From assembly GCA_902574215.1 (NCBI GenBank), contig CACGMR010000002.1:16693-80692 (forward strand): a stretch of DNA of 64,000 nucleotides, written 5' to 3'. Below the pieces are notes generated by a model. The model did no database searches. It saw only the letters and a program-made list of their open reading frames with translations, and was not told where the DNA came from. The translations under genes were made by a program, and so were the position numbers. Within the stretch, counting starts at the first letter, position 1. Each line of letters begins with the position of its first letter. The DNA is from an uncultured Pelagibacteraceae bacterium (GTDB lineage: Bacteria; Pseudomonadota; Alphaproteobacteria; Pelagibacterales; Pelagibacteraceae). Of this stretch, positions 20,011 through 29,490 are shown piece after piece.

Positions 20011-21339
20011 CTAGCTCCAAGGAAACGGACTGTTCGAAGTAGGGTGAAGTTCTCCCTTCTCGTAACGGTTGAATCTAAATGGTTTTAACAAATCACTTTC
20101 AGTACCAAGAATTTCTTTTGCAACAAGCTCACCAACTCCAATCATTTTGTATCCGTGGTTTGCATCTGCAATCATGTAAACGTTTTCAAAAAACCTATCA
20201 AAGATTGGAAAAGAGTCTGGCGTCATGCATCCAAGACCACCCGAAGGTCCTTTTCTATATAAATCAGATTTACCTTCAAATCTTTTTTGACAATGTGCTA
20301 AAGCTGAACACCACATTTCACTAAATGCATCAGTTGTTTGATACTCAGGAGACTCAATTCCATAAGGATCAACATTAACCTGATCAAAATGTTTTTTGAC
20401 TATGTAAGGTGAAGTACCACCTTGGACACCTAATCCTTCGATATCAGGTTTATAATAAATTCCCCAAATTTTATCTGTTAATAATTTTTTAGTTTTGTCT
20501 GAATATAACGGAGCAGTCGAGTCTACATGAACTACAGGTGGTTGTTTTCCATCATTTGTTTTCAAAAAATCTGGTTCAACACCAATAACGCCTTCTTGTA
20601 ACATCCAGTAAGTCCACATATCAGTTTCATGCATTTTACCATCTTTACCTTTGATATTTGCTGTCTTAGGTAATTCCAACATGTTCCAAAAATCTCTCGC
20701 CCAAGGACCTGCTCCAATAACGACTTGTTCACATTCAATTATACCTTTATCTGTTTCTACTCCTGTAACAGCTTGACTATTACTTCCTTTTTTAAATCCT
20801 GTTACTTTCACACCTTTCATCACTTGCACACCATTAGATGTAGATTTACTTTCTAGTGCTTTAATTGAATCTTTATTAAAAGCGTATCCACCTTTTTTTT
20901 CATGTAGTACTGAAGTGATACCTTGTGCTTGCCAATCATCAAAAATACCCTTCATATAATTTGAACAATCTTTTTCACCTTCTATAAATACTGACTCGTA
21001 TCCAATGGCTTTTTGTTGTTCATAAATAGTTGCAACATCTTCATGCATTACCTCTGGTGATATTTGCAAATAACCTACTGGATTGTATTTAAATGCTTTA
21101 GGATCACTCTCCCATACAGAAACTGAATGAGCCATTAACTCTCTCATTGCTGGTTGGAAATAATTATTTCTTACAACACCACAAGCAATTCCACTTGCTC
21201 CAGCAGCAGTATCTTTTTTTTCTAAGACAACGATGTCACCAGGATTTTTGTAAGTTTCAGAAAGTTTCCAAGCAGTACTTAGACCGTGAATTCCACCACC
21301 AATTATAACTACTTTAGCTTTCGAGGGTAATGTCGTCAT
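20011..21339 (-). CDS. FAD-dependent amine oxidoreductase (DAO/SoxB/DMGDH N-domain family)
   Basis: VVIIGGGIHGLSTA Rossmann fold, GASGIACGVVR, TPDSFPI and HGYK; no C-terminal THF domain. Confidence 0.85.
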   Translation of the reverse strand: MTTLPSKAKVVIIGGGIHGLSTAWKLSETYKNPGDIVVLEKKDTAAGASGIACGVVRNNYFQPAMRELMAHSVSVWESDPKAFKYNPVGYLQISPEVMHEDVATIYEQQKAIGYESVFIEGEKDCSNYMKGIFDDWQAQGITSVLHEKKGGYAFNKDSIKALESKSTSNGVQVMKGVKVTGFKKGSNSQAVTGVETDKGIIECEQVVIGAGPWARDFWNMLELPKTANIKGKDGKMHETDMWTYWMLQEGVIGVEPDFLKTNDGKQPPVVHVDSTAPLYSDKTKKLLTDKIWGIYYKPDIEGLGVQGGTSPYIVKKHFDQVNVDPYGIESPEYQTTDAFSEMWCSALAHCQKRFEGKSDLYRKGPSGGLGCMTPDSFPIFDRFFENVYMIADANHGYKMIGVGELVAKEILGTESDLLKPFRFNRYEKGELHPTSNSPFPWS

Positions 21340-21371
21340 ATGAAAACATTATTTTTTGCAAATAGTAATTA

Positions 21372-21410
21372 ATATAATTTTTTATAGAACTAAAAATTAT
21401 ATATATAATT
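21372..21410. promoter_or_regulatory. Candidate operator upstream of the FAD-oxidoreductase/GS/mgs operon
   Basis: CTAAAAATTATATATA (21390-21405) is one mismatch from the motif at 24190-24205 and 37039-37054; also ATATAATTTTTTATAGAACTAA at 21372-21393. Confidence 0.4.
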
Positions 21411-21440
21411 TAGATATTTCAATTTTTGTGCAATTTATCC

Positions 21441-21791
21441 CTAATAACTTATATTTTTTAAGGTATCCAAGTATTCATTAAATTCTTTAATAAAAGACTC
21501 ACTAGGTATTATATTTTTTATCCTTTGGTCAGTTGATGTTTTTTCAAGACGAAAGAATCCTTTTTCACAAGCTTCAGTAATAATTAATGCAGATTTTGGT
21601 CTAGATGTTTTAAATAATTTAGTTTTAAGTTCTTCTACAGATAGTTTTTTATTTTCTTTATGTGCAGACATTACTAATAACATCATATGATAGTGAGAAG
21701 GGGATTTTCTAAAAAAATAGTTACTAGCAGTATGAGACTGTCTCATTTGATCTTCCCAAAAATCTAATAAGGTCTTTTTTTCTTTTGGCAT
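21441..21791 (-). CDS. Small winged-helix (MarR-like) putative transcriptional regulator
   Basis: LSVEELK...TSRPKSALIITEACEKGFF HTH-like segment and STDQRIKNI wing (DxR); 5 bp after tdm. Confidence 0.65.
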   Translation of the reverse strand: MPKEKKTLLDFWEDQMRQSHTASNYFFRKSPSHYHMMLLVMSAHKENKKLSVEELKTKLFKTSRPKSALIITEACEKGFFRLEKTSTDQRIKNIIPSESFIKEFNEYLDTLKNISY

Positions 21792-21796
21792 TTATC

Positions 21797-24136
21797 TTAA
21801 GCCCTAACTCTAGATTTAGTTGGATCGTAGAATGGAAAACCAACAACTTTAGCACCAATCCTTTTTTGATGACCATCGATTTTACCTATTTCTACTTCAG
21901 TACCGATTTCTGAGTATTGGACATCTATTCTGCAAAGAGCAATATTTTTATTCAAAGTAGAGGATAGGCATCCGCTTGTAACTATACCAACTTGTGATCT
22001 TCCAATATGAACACAGTCTCCGTGGCCTGCTATTTCTTTTCCATTAAGTTCTAGTCCTACCAATTTCTTTTGAGGGTTAGCTTTTCTTTTAATTAATTCC
22101 TCTTTACCAATAAAATCTTCTTCTTTTGTTTTCAATGGAACAGCAAAACCAATCCCGGCTTCAAAAGGATCTTGCTCTCCATCAAACTCAGCGCCAAATA
22201 GAATTAAACCTGCCTCAATTCTTAGTTTGTCTAATGCAGCAAACCCAGCTGGTATCAATCCATCATCTTTACCTGCTTCCATCAATTTATCCCAAACTTC
22301 GGGAGCATGTTTTGGATGACACCATATTTCATAACCTAACTCACCAGTGTAACCTGTTCTAGAAACAATTAATGGGATACCTTGAAGTTCTTCTATTCTA
22401 CAAATTGTAAATCTGAACCAGCCCAACTCATCTATCGAAGGTTGTGTAGGCGGTGTAAAGATAATTTTTTTTAGAATTTCTCTACTTTTAGGACCTTGCA
22501 ATGATACATTGCTTATTTGGTCAGTAGAGTTTTTAACAATAGCATTAAAATTCTTTTTCTTTGCAATTTCTTTTAGCCATTCTCCACCATACTCGTCTCC
22601 ACATATCCATCTAAAACCTGTTTCACTTAATCTTAAAAGAGTTCCGTCATCGAACATCATTCCATTTTCGTAACACATTGCAGAATACACAACCTGTCCA
22701 ACAGAAAGTTTTTTTATATTCCTTGTAAGAGTGTAGTTCATTAACTCTTCAGCATCAGGACCAATTATTTCAAATTTTCTAAGCGATGATAGATCAATTA
22801 ATACAGCATCATTTCTGCAAGCATTGTATTCGTTAACTAAACCATGTTTGGTGTAGTCGTTTGGAAGCCAAAATCCTCTAGCATCAACAAAGTTTCTAGT
22901 TAATTTTGAAGTTCTTTCATAAAAGCCGGAATTTCTAGTAAGTTTATTTTCAGAGTCTGTTTTCATTCTAAAACCAAATGACTTTCTAAATTCTTTATTT
23001 TTGTCATAAGTTCTAACAAAAATATTTGTAGGATTCCATGAATTACAAGGATCTATATCACTTGGACATGCTGTTGTTCCTATTGTTAAATCTTTTAAAG
23101 CCTTAAACATTACATAATCACCAGGTCTTGAATAAGATTCATCGGAAATAACAGAGTTTAATCCACCAGCAGAGGTGTTAAAAAACAAATTAATTGCATG
23201 CCAACCTTTTTGTTTCTGAACACCGTATTTCGACATACTTTCAGTTAAATTATCTGAACAGTTTGGATGACCAAAGTATCCTGAGTCTTCATAATACTTT
23301 GAAGTACATGCAAGATTAAAAGTGTCGTGTTTTCCAACAGTATCTCTTATTACTTCAACAAGTGGCTCATGGTCTGTGTCATAAAATTTAGAGAACAAAC
23401 CTGGTCCTGGGAAAGTATTACCCATGAATGTTCTTGTAGTTTGCCAGTCTAATCCTTTTTCTATTCCTTTTTCTAATTTTTTTGTATCGAATGCCACAAA
23501 GTCAGAACATTGTCTGCCAGTTGGACTTATTACTTGAATATAATCTCCTTCCTTAACCTCATAAGATATACAACTTTCTTTATTTATATTTTCTTCATAT
23601 GCAGGTTCGAAAACAGGATCAGGAATTACGTTTAATTCCTTATCATTAACAATTTTAGCTCTTTTAACGAATATGGTTAAATCAGTTGGTGGATTTTGTT
23701 TTGTAACATCCATATCTTCGCCTGGAGCAGAAAATATTGTGTAACATTTATCCTTTGACTTTAATTTAATTTTTTCACCAGGCTTTGTGTCTAGATCAAA
23801 TATAATTGAAGATTTTGAATTAGAAATTTTTAAATTTCTTTTTTTTAATTGATAGTTGGTAGCTAAAATTGTTTCATCATTGCCACTAAGAATATTTCTA
23901 ATTAAGTTTTTTTCATTATTTGAGTTAAGATTTAATATTCCAACATCTGAATTTCCATCTTTATCAAAACAAATAATCTCACATATTTGATTACCTTCAT
24001 TATTGATTATTTCTATTTCATCATCAGGAAAAATTTGAAAACCAGTTAGACCCCCACCATTGACAATGTGTCTTTCAACCCCAGGTGGCAAAACATTTAA
24101 ACCAGGATATTTAATTTCTTTACTTGTTCCTAACAT
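21797..24136 (-). CDS. tdm: Trimethylamine N-oxide demethylase (DUF1989 plus GcvT-like domain)
   Basis: GRQCSDF, HDTFNLAC, HPNCSDN and ACPSDID DUF1989 motifs fused to a GcvT domain (DDGTLLR, SRTGYTGELGYEI); divergent from tmoX. Confidence 0.88.
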   Translation of the reverse strand: MLGTSKEIKYPGLNVLPPGVERHIVNGGGLTGFQIFPDDEIEIINNEGNQICEIICFDKDGNSDVGILNLNSNNEKNLIRNILSGNDETILATNYQLKKRNLKISNSKSSIIFDLDTKPGEKIKLKSKDKCYTIFSAPGEDMDVTKQNPPTDLTIFVKRAKIVNDKELNVIPDPVFEPAYEENINKESCISYEVKEGDYIQVISPTGRQCSDFVAFDTKKLEKGIEKGLDWQTTRTFMGNTFPGPGLFSKFYDTDHEPLVEVIRDTVGKHDTFNLACTSKYYEDSGYFGHPNCSDNLTESMSKYGVQKQKGWHAINLFFNTSAGGLNSVISDESYSRPGDYVMFKALKDLTIGTTACPSDIDPCNSWNPTNIFVRTYDKNKEFRKSFGFRMKTDSENKLTRNSGFYERTSKLTRNFVDARGFWLPNDYTKHGLVNEYNACRNDAVLIDLSSLRKFEIIGPDAEELMNYTLTRNIKKLSVGQVVYSAMCYENGMMFDDGTLLRLSETGFRWICGDEYGGEWLKEIAKKKNFNAIVKNSTDQISNVSLQGPKSREILKKIIFTPPTQPSIDELGWFRFTICRIEELQGIPLIVSRTGYTGELGYEIWCHPKHAPEVWDKLMEAGKDDGLIPAGFAALDKLRIEAGLILFGAEFDGEQDPFEAGIGFAVPLKTKEEDFIGKEELIKRKANPQKKLVGLELNGKEIAGHGDCVHIGRSQVGIVTSGCLSSTLNKNIALCRIDVQYSEIGTEVEIGKIDGHQKRIGAKVVGFPFYDPTKSRVRA

Positions 24137-24189
24137 TTTTAAAATTTATTATTGTTACTTAGATTATCACCATTTTTATTGTTTAAATA

Positions 24190-24207
24190 TATATATATTT
24201 TTTAGAA
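24190..24207. promoter_or_regulatory. Candidate operator in the tdm/tmoX divergent promoter
   Basis: TATATATATTTTTTAGAA is the exact reverse complement of 37037-37054. Confidence 0.45.
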
Positions 24208-24245
24208 CTAATTATCCTTTACCTACATGTTCTTTTTGTCATAGA

Positions 24246-24267
24246 CTATTAATATTAATATTAATAG
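24246..24267. repeat. Perfect 22-bp palindrome abutting the tmoX RBS
   Basis: CTATTAATATTAATATTAATAG is its own reverse complement; GAGGGG follows immediately. Confidence 0.6.
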
Positions 24268-24277
24268 AGGGGTATAT

Positions 24278-25222
24278 ATGAAAAAAATAATATCATTACT
24301 ATCTGCTCTAGTGATTTCTGTTGTAAGTTTTGCAGGAATTTCTAACGCTGATAGCAAAAAGCCTATCGTGATCCCAACTCATAACTGGTCAAGTCAAATT
24401 GTAATGGCTTACGTTATTGGTGGAATTTTCGAAAGTATGGGTAATAACGTTAAATACGTTAACGCTGACTCACAAGCAGTTTATGAGTCAATTAGAATTG
24501 GAGATGTAACTATATCTCACGAGGTATGGGAATCTGCATTTGGTAAATCTTTTACTACTGCTTTAGATAAAGGTGGTTTATTAGATTGGGGTGATCATGA
24601 AGCAAGAACTCTTGAGGATATGGGATATCCAAACTGGGTTGCTGAAAAAGGATTATGCCCAGGTTTACCAGACTGGACAGCTTTAAAAAATCCAGATTGT
24701 GCTAAAAACTTTACAACACCTGATTCACCAGATGGAAAAGGAAGAATGTTGGAAGGTCCACAAACTTGGCATGGTGACTTAATTCCACAAAGGGTTGATG
24801 CACTAGGTTTGGGTGATTTATGGTGGGTTAAATTTGCTGGAAGTGCTGATGCACTTTGGGCAGAGTTAGCTGCAGCTGAAAAAGAAGGAAGAGGAACAAT
24901 TATCTTTAACTGGACGCCTAACTTTACAGATGGTGCTGGTTTTACATTTATTGACTTCCCTCCATATACAGCTGGTTGTAGACCAGAAGATGGTGGAGAT
25001 GGTAAATGTGGTTCTCCTGATGGATACTTGAAAAAAGCAGTTCATGAGGATTTCCCAAAAACTCATCCTGATGCAGCAGCAACATTTAAGAAAATGTCAT
25101 TCTCTACAAGTCAAATTGGTGCAATGGCAGCTTTAGTTGATGTTGACAAAATGACTCACGAAGATGCAGCTAAAAAATGGTTAGCTGATAACAAGTCAGT
25201 TTGGCAAGCTTTTACTAAATAA
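24278..25222 (+). CDS. tmoX: TMAO ABC transporter substrate-binding protein
   Basis: Signal peptide, then PIVIPTHNWSSQIVM, DSQAVYESIRIGDVT..EVWESAFG and FNWTPNFT, matching TmoX-type binding proteins; adjacent to tdm. Confidence 0.85.
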   Translation: MKKIISLLSALVISVVSFAGISNADSKKPIVIPTHNWSSQIVMAYVIGGIFESMGNNVKYVNADSQAVYESIRIGDVTISHEVWESAFGKSFTTALDKGGLLDWGDHEARTLEDMGYPNWVAEKGLCPGLPDWTALKNPDCAKNFTTPDSPDGKGRMLEGPQTWHGDLIPQRVDALGLGDLWWVKFAGSADALWAELAAAEKEGRGTIIFNWTPNFTDGAGFTFIDFPPYTAGCRPEDGGDGKCGSPDGYLKKAVHEDFPKTHPDAAATFKKMSFSTSQIGAMAALVDVDKMTHEDAAKKWLADNKSVWQAFTK

Positions 25223-25241
25223 GGATAAAAGTTCAAATTTT

Positions 25242-25278
25242 AAATCTCCCCCAACATTGTTGGGGGGGATTTTTTTTT
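25242..25278 (+). terminator. Intrinsic terminator after tmoX
   Basis: ATCTCCCCCAACA / TGTTGGGGGGGAT stem followed by a long T-tract. Confidence 0.85.
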
Positions 25279-25297
25279 AAATAATTTTGTGTAAAAT

Positions 25298-25681
25298 ATG
25301 TTTATGAAAAGATCTATTCTTGTTTTTCTTTTAAGCTTTCTAGTTTGCTCATCAGTCTTTGCACGAAGTACAGGCTGCAAAGAAGGTAATTGTGATAATG
25401 GATATGGTAAGTGGGTTTATACCGATAAAACAACTTATGAAGGAGAATGGGTTTCAACAAAAAAACAAGGACAAGGTGTAGAGACTTGGCCAAATGGATA
25501 TATTTATAAAGGAGAATTCAAAAATAGTGTCTGGAGTGGAATAGGTACATTAACATTTCCTGATGGTTCTACTTACGAAGGAGAGTGGGCGAATGGTTTT
25601 ATGAATGGTCAAGGAACATTTACTTGGTCTGATGGAAAACAAAAAACAGGTATTTGGAAGAACGGTAAGTTACAAGAATAA
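25298..25681 (+). CDS. Secreted MORN-repeat protein
   Basis: Signal peptide, GCKEGNCDNGYG and YEGEW...GQG MORN repeats; the true start may be ATG 25304. Confidence 0.88.
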   Translation: MFMKRSILVFLLSFLVCSSVFARSTGCKEGNCDNGYGKWVYTDKTTYEGEWVSTKKQGQGVETWPNGYIYKGEFKNSVWSGIGTLTFPDGSTYEGEWANGFMNGQGTFTWSDGKQKTGIWKNGKLQE

Positions 25682-26232
25682 TGTCTAAAGAAAATTATAT
25701 TAATAAAATAAAAGATTTACCTGAGTCTTTGAGACAATTTATTGGTCTTATATTTATTACTCTAATAGTAATTTTATCTTTTAGTATTTTAAATGGAATT
25801 TTTGGACAAGGTGATGATTTAGTAAAAAGAATGAAATTAGAAGAAGAAAGAATTGCAGAAGAAAAAAAATTAAGTGAGTTAATATCTAAACTACCCTCCG
25901 GAATATTGGTCTCATTTGATGGAACTGATCACTACAAATTAACAGATGAAGTATATGAGCAGGTATGTAAAGCTACTAAGCTAATTCCTCAAAGAGCAAT
26001 AATGGGAGCTAATTTCTTAAATTTTAGAGCACATGAGCTTTATACAATTAATGGAAATAAAATTGATGAAACTTTTGTAGAGTGGGATCAAGAAAAAGGT
26101 AAATGTTTTGCAGGTTTTACGGTTAGTGGAAATAATGTAGGTGTTGATGAAAGTATTACTATAAGTGGAGAGGCTTTAAGTTTTTTAAGCACAGGAATTG
26201 ATACAAGAATTTATTTTATTAAAAATTTTTAA
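25681..26232 (+). CDS. Hypothetical membrane-anchored protein
   Basis: N-terminal TM helix, coiled segment and a soluble domain with two Cys; TAATG coupling to the MORN gene. Confidence 0.75.
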   Translation: MSKENYINKIKDLPESLRQFIGLIFITLIVILSFSILNGIFGQGDDLVKRMKLEEERIAEEKKLSELISKLPSGILVSFDGTDHYKLTDEVYEQVCKATKLIPQRAIMGANFLNFRAHELYTINGNKIDETFVEWDQEKGKCFAGFTVSGNNVGVDESITISGEALSFLSTGIDTRIYFIKNF

Positions 26233-26297
26233 TGAGGAAAGGCAACAATTATTAACATTTTAATTTAATAGAATTTAATATAACTTTAAAACAATTT

Positions 26298-27329
26298 ATG
26301 TCTGAGACTGTAATTAAATGCGAGTCGGTTTATAAAATTTTTGGAGAAAATGCCAAAAAGATGCTTGAAGAATCTAATGGCAACGTAGACGCAAAAACCT
26401 TTCAAGAAAAAGGATGTATAGTTGGAGTTAATAACGCTTCCTTTGAAGTTGCCAAAGGAGAAATGTTAGTAGTGATGGGATTATCTGGTTCGGGTAAATC
26501 AACTTTGCTTCGATGTATATCAAGACTAACAGATGCAACAGGTGGAAAAATTTTCATAGAAGGTCAAGATTTACTTGAATTAAACAATAAAGAATTAATT
26601 GAACTTAGAAGAAGTAAAATGGGAATGGTATTTCAAAGTTTTGCTTTACTACCTCATAAAACTGTTGTTGAAAATATTGCTTTTCCTTTACAGATTAAAG
26701 GTACAAAGACTGAAGATAGTATTAATAGAGCAATGGAGATGGTAAAATTAGTTGGACTTGATGGAAGAGAAAACTATTTTCCTAGAGAGCTTTCAGGTGG
26801 GCAACAACAAAGAGTAGGGATCGCAAGATCATTAGCAGTGGAACCAGATATATGGTTTTTAGACGAGCCATTTTCTGCGTTAGATCCATTAATAAGAAAA
26901 GAAATGCAAGATGAGTTTTTAAGACTTCAGGAAAAATTACAAAAGACAATAATGTTCATTACACATGATTTTGATGAGGCATTAAAATTGGCTGATCGTA
27001 TAGCAATTATGAAAGATGGTATAATTGAACAATTAGATACACCTGCAAACATTGTATTAAATCCTGCAACTGAATATGTAAGAAAGTTTACCGAAGAAGT
27101 GCCTAGAGAGAAAGTTTTGGTAATCGAGGATGTAATGGATACAACGAGCAATGATAATTTGGGGGATTTAAAGGTTTTAAAAGATGAGATTATAGAAAAT
27201 GTAGCAGAAAAAATTCTTACTCAAGAAAAAATAGTAGCAGTGGTTGATTCTGAAAATAATATTGTTGGATCAATTAAACCTTCAAAAATAATCGATACAG
27301 TTTTTGGAGGAAGAAAAAACGGAAGTTAA
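26298..27329 (+). CDS. tmoW: TMAO/betaine ABC transporter ATPase (ProV-like)
   Basis: GLSGSGKST, LSGGQQQRVG, DEPFSALDPLIR and FITHD. Confidence 0.85.
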   Translation: MSETVIKCESVYKIFGENAKKMLEESNGNVDAKTFQEKGCIVGVNNASFEVAKGEMLVVMGLSGSGKSTLLRCISRLTDATGGKIFIEGQDLLELNNKELIELRRSKMGMVFQSFALLPHKTVVENIAFPLQIKGTKTEDSINRAMEMVKLVGLDGRENYFPRELSGGQQQRVGIARSLAVEPDIWFLDEPFSALDPLIRKEMQDEFLRLQEKLQKTIMFITHDFDEALKLADRIAIMKDGIIEQLDTPANIVLNPATEYVRKFTEEVPREKVLVIEDVMDTTSNDNLGDLKVLKDEIIENVAEKILTQEKIVAVVDSENNIVGSIKPSKIIDTVFGGRKNGS

Positions 27330-27332
27330 AAT

Positions 27333-29486
27333 ATGGAGTATCTAAAAAAATATCCAAAATTATTTCAATGGTTATTTTTATTAGTTGTATTTTTTGCTTT
27401 ATGTTTTGCTATTGATGTTCCCGAAACTTATAAATTTATTAGAGGACAAGCAGAATTTGTAAAAGATCCAAACCAAAGTGTTTACTTTTTTCTTGGCAAA
27501 GAAGTTAGGTATTATGCTTTTGATGTATTTTGGAGATTACCCCCGTTACTAGGTTGGCTGCCTATTTGGATAAACGATTCTTTATTTTTCTTAATGAATG
27601 AGTGGATGCCAATGGAGTTTTGGAATGAAGATACTCAAGAGTTTAAAACTCGACCAATACTTTTACAGATAAGTAGAAATTTAACTGCATTCATGACTTT
27701 TTTAATTGAATTAATTAGAGAAATTTTATTGGGAGGCTTAGAAACTATTGTTGCATTCACTAGTTGGGATTTTATTGATGCTTATCCTTGGTTAGAGTTA
27801 CCAGGTTTACCTTGGACTATTGTTGCTGCTGGAGCAGCTATACTTTCTTATAAACTTAGCGGAAAAGGATTAGCTTTGTTTGCAGGGTTAACAATGATCT
27901 ATATTTCTATATTTGGTCAGTGGAAACCTTCAATGCAAACTCTTTCTTTTATACTTGTTGCAGCTCCGCTATCATTTATTTTTGGTTTAGGTCTAGGAAT
28001 TGCTGCTTATAAAAGTAAACGTGTTGAAAAAGCTTTGTACCCAATTCTTCTAGTGATGCAGACTATGCCACAATACGCTGTATTAGTTCCTGCACTTGTT
28101 CTATTTGGAGTTGGTGATCATGCTGCTGTAATCATTACAATGGTTGTTGCGGTTCCACCAATGATACTACTTACAATTTTAGGCTTAAGAGCTATACCAT
28201 CAGAAGTTATTGAAGCTGGAAGGATGAGTGGGTGTACTAATTGGCAACTAATGCTAAAGGTATTAATTCCTACAGCAAGACGAGATATTTTAATTGGAGT
28301 TAACCAAGTTATTATGGTTTGTTTTTCAATGGCAGTCATATCTGCTTTCATTGGTGCCAAAGGTTTAGGATTTAATTTATTATTAGCTTTGAACCAACTT
28401 AATATTGGATTAGCATTAGAAGCAGGATTGTGTATCAGTTTAATTGCAATTCTTCTTGATAAAATGTCTTTAGCTTGGGCAAACAAACAAACTGATTATT
28501 TTGGTAATCTGACATTTTTCCAAAGAAATAAAAACGTAATATTTTTTGCAGCTTCATTCGTAATTGGAATAATTCTTGCATATGTTGGGACTTTTATTTT
28601 CAAAGGTAGTTTTAATTACTTGTTTGAAATTCCCCATAATAAAGGAATATCAACAGCAGATTTTTGGAATAAAGGAGTTGATTGGATTTTTGATACTTTC
28701 TTCGTGTATATTAAAGCATTCAATACATGGTTAATTCAAGATGTGCTTCAGCCGATGAGAGCTTTATATTTAAGAATGCCTGCAGTAGCTACATTAGTGT
28801 TAGCAGTTGGAGCGGGATATTTAATTGGAGGAATTCGTTCAGCGTTAGTTGTTGCTGCTTTGACTTTATTTATAGCACTAAGTCCATGGTGGGATAGAGC
28901 GTTAGTTACATTATATATGGCAACTTTTGGAGTAGTTATTTCTTGTTTAATAGGATTTACAGTTGGAACATTATGTTTTCAAAATAAAAAATCAGCAGCA
29001 TTTATGCTAGGTGTTTGTGATATATTTCAGACATTCCCATCATTTGTATATCTAATTCCAGTAATGATGCTTTTTGGAATTACAGATACCTCTGTATTAA
29101 TTGCAGTAATTGTTTATGCAACAATTCCTGCAACAAGGTACACAATTGAAGGTTTAAGAAGTGTTCCTGTGGGCTTGCATGAAGCCGCAACAATGTCTGG
29201 TGTAAACAAACTTCAAAGATTAACAAAAATTGAGTTTCCATTAGCATTTCCACACATGATGCTTGGTATAAATCAAACAATTGTTTTTGCTTTATTTATG
29301 GTGATAATTGGAGCATTTATTGGAACAGAAGATCTTGGACAATATATTTTAAAAGCCCTATCAGATAAAAATGGCGCAGGAATTGGTTTAACACTTGGTA
29401 TCTGTGTTGCGTTTATAGGATTGATTTTTGATAACTTGATTAGAACTTGGGTAGAAAAAAGAAAAAAACACTTAGGCATAGCGTAG
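27333..29486 (+). CDS. tmoV: TMAO ABC transporter permease with two fused ProW-like domains
   Basis: Two permease halves (MQTMPQYAVLVP..EAGRMSG; FQTFPSFVYLIP..EAATMSG); 717 aa. Confidence 0.85.
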   Translation: MEYLKKYPKLFQWLFLLVVFFALCFAIDVPETYKFIRGQAEFVKDPNQSVYFFLGKEVRYYAFDVFWRLPPLLGWLPIWINDSLFFLMNEWMPMEFWNEDTQEFKTRPILLQISRNLTAFMTFLIELIREILLGGLETIVAFTSWDFIDAYPWLELPGLPWTIVAAGAAILSYKLSGKGLALFAGLTMIYISIFGQWKPSMQTLSFILVAAPLSFIFGLGLGIAAYKSKRVEKALYPILLVMQTMPQYAVLVPALVLFGVGDHAAVIITMVVAVPPMILLTILGLRAIPSEVIEAGRMSGCTNWQLMLKVLIPTARRDILIGVNQVIMVCFSMAVISAFIGAKGLGFNLLLALNQLNIGLALEAGLCISLIAILLDKMSLAWANKQTDYFGNLTFFQRNKNVIFFAASFVIGIILAYVGTFIFKGSFNYLFEIPHNKGISTADFWNKGVDWIFDTFFVYIKAFNTWLIQDVLQPMRALYLRMPAVATLVLAVGAGYLIGGIRSALVVAALTLFIALSPWWDRALVTLYMATFGVVISCLIGFTVGTLCFQNKKSAAFMLGVCDIFQTFPSFVYLIPVMMLFGITDTSVLIAVIVYATIPATRYTIEGLRSVPVGLHEAATMSGVNKLQRLTKIEFPLAFPHMMLGINQTIVFALFMVIIGAFIGTEDLGQYILKALSDKNGAGIGLTLGICVAFIGLIFDNLIRTWVEKRKKHLGIA

Positions 29487-29490
29487 TTCG

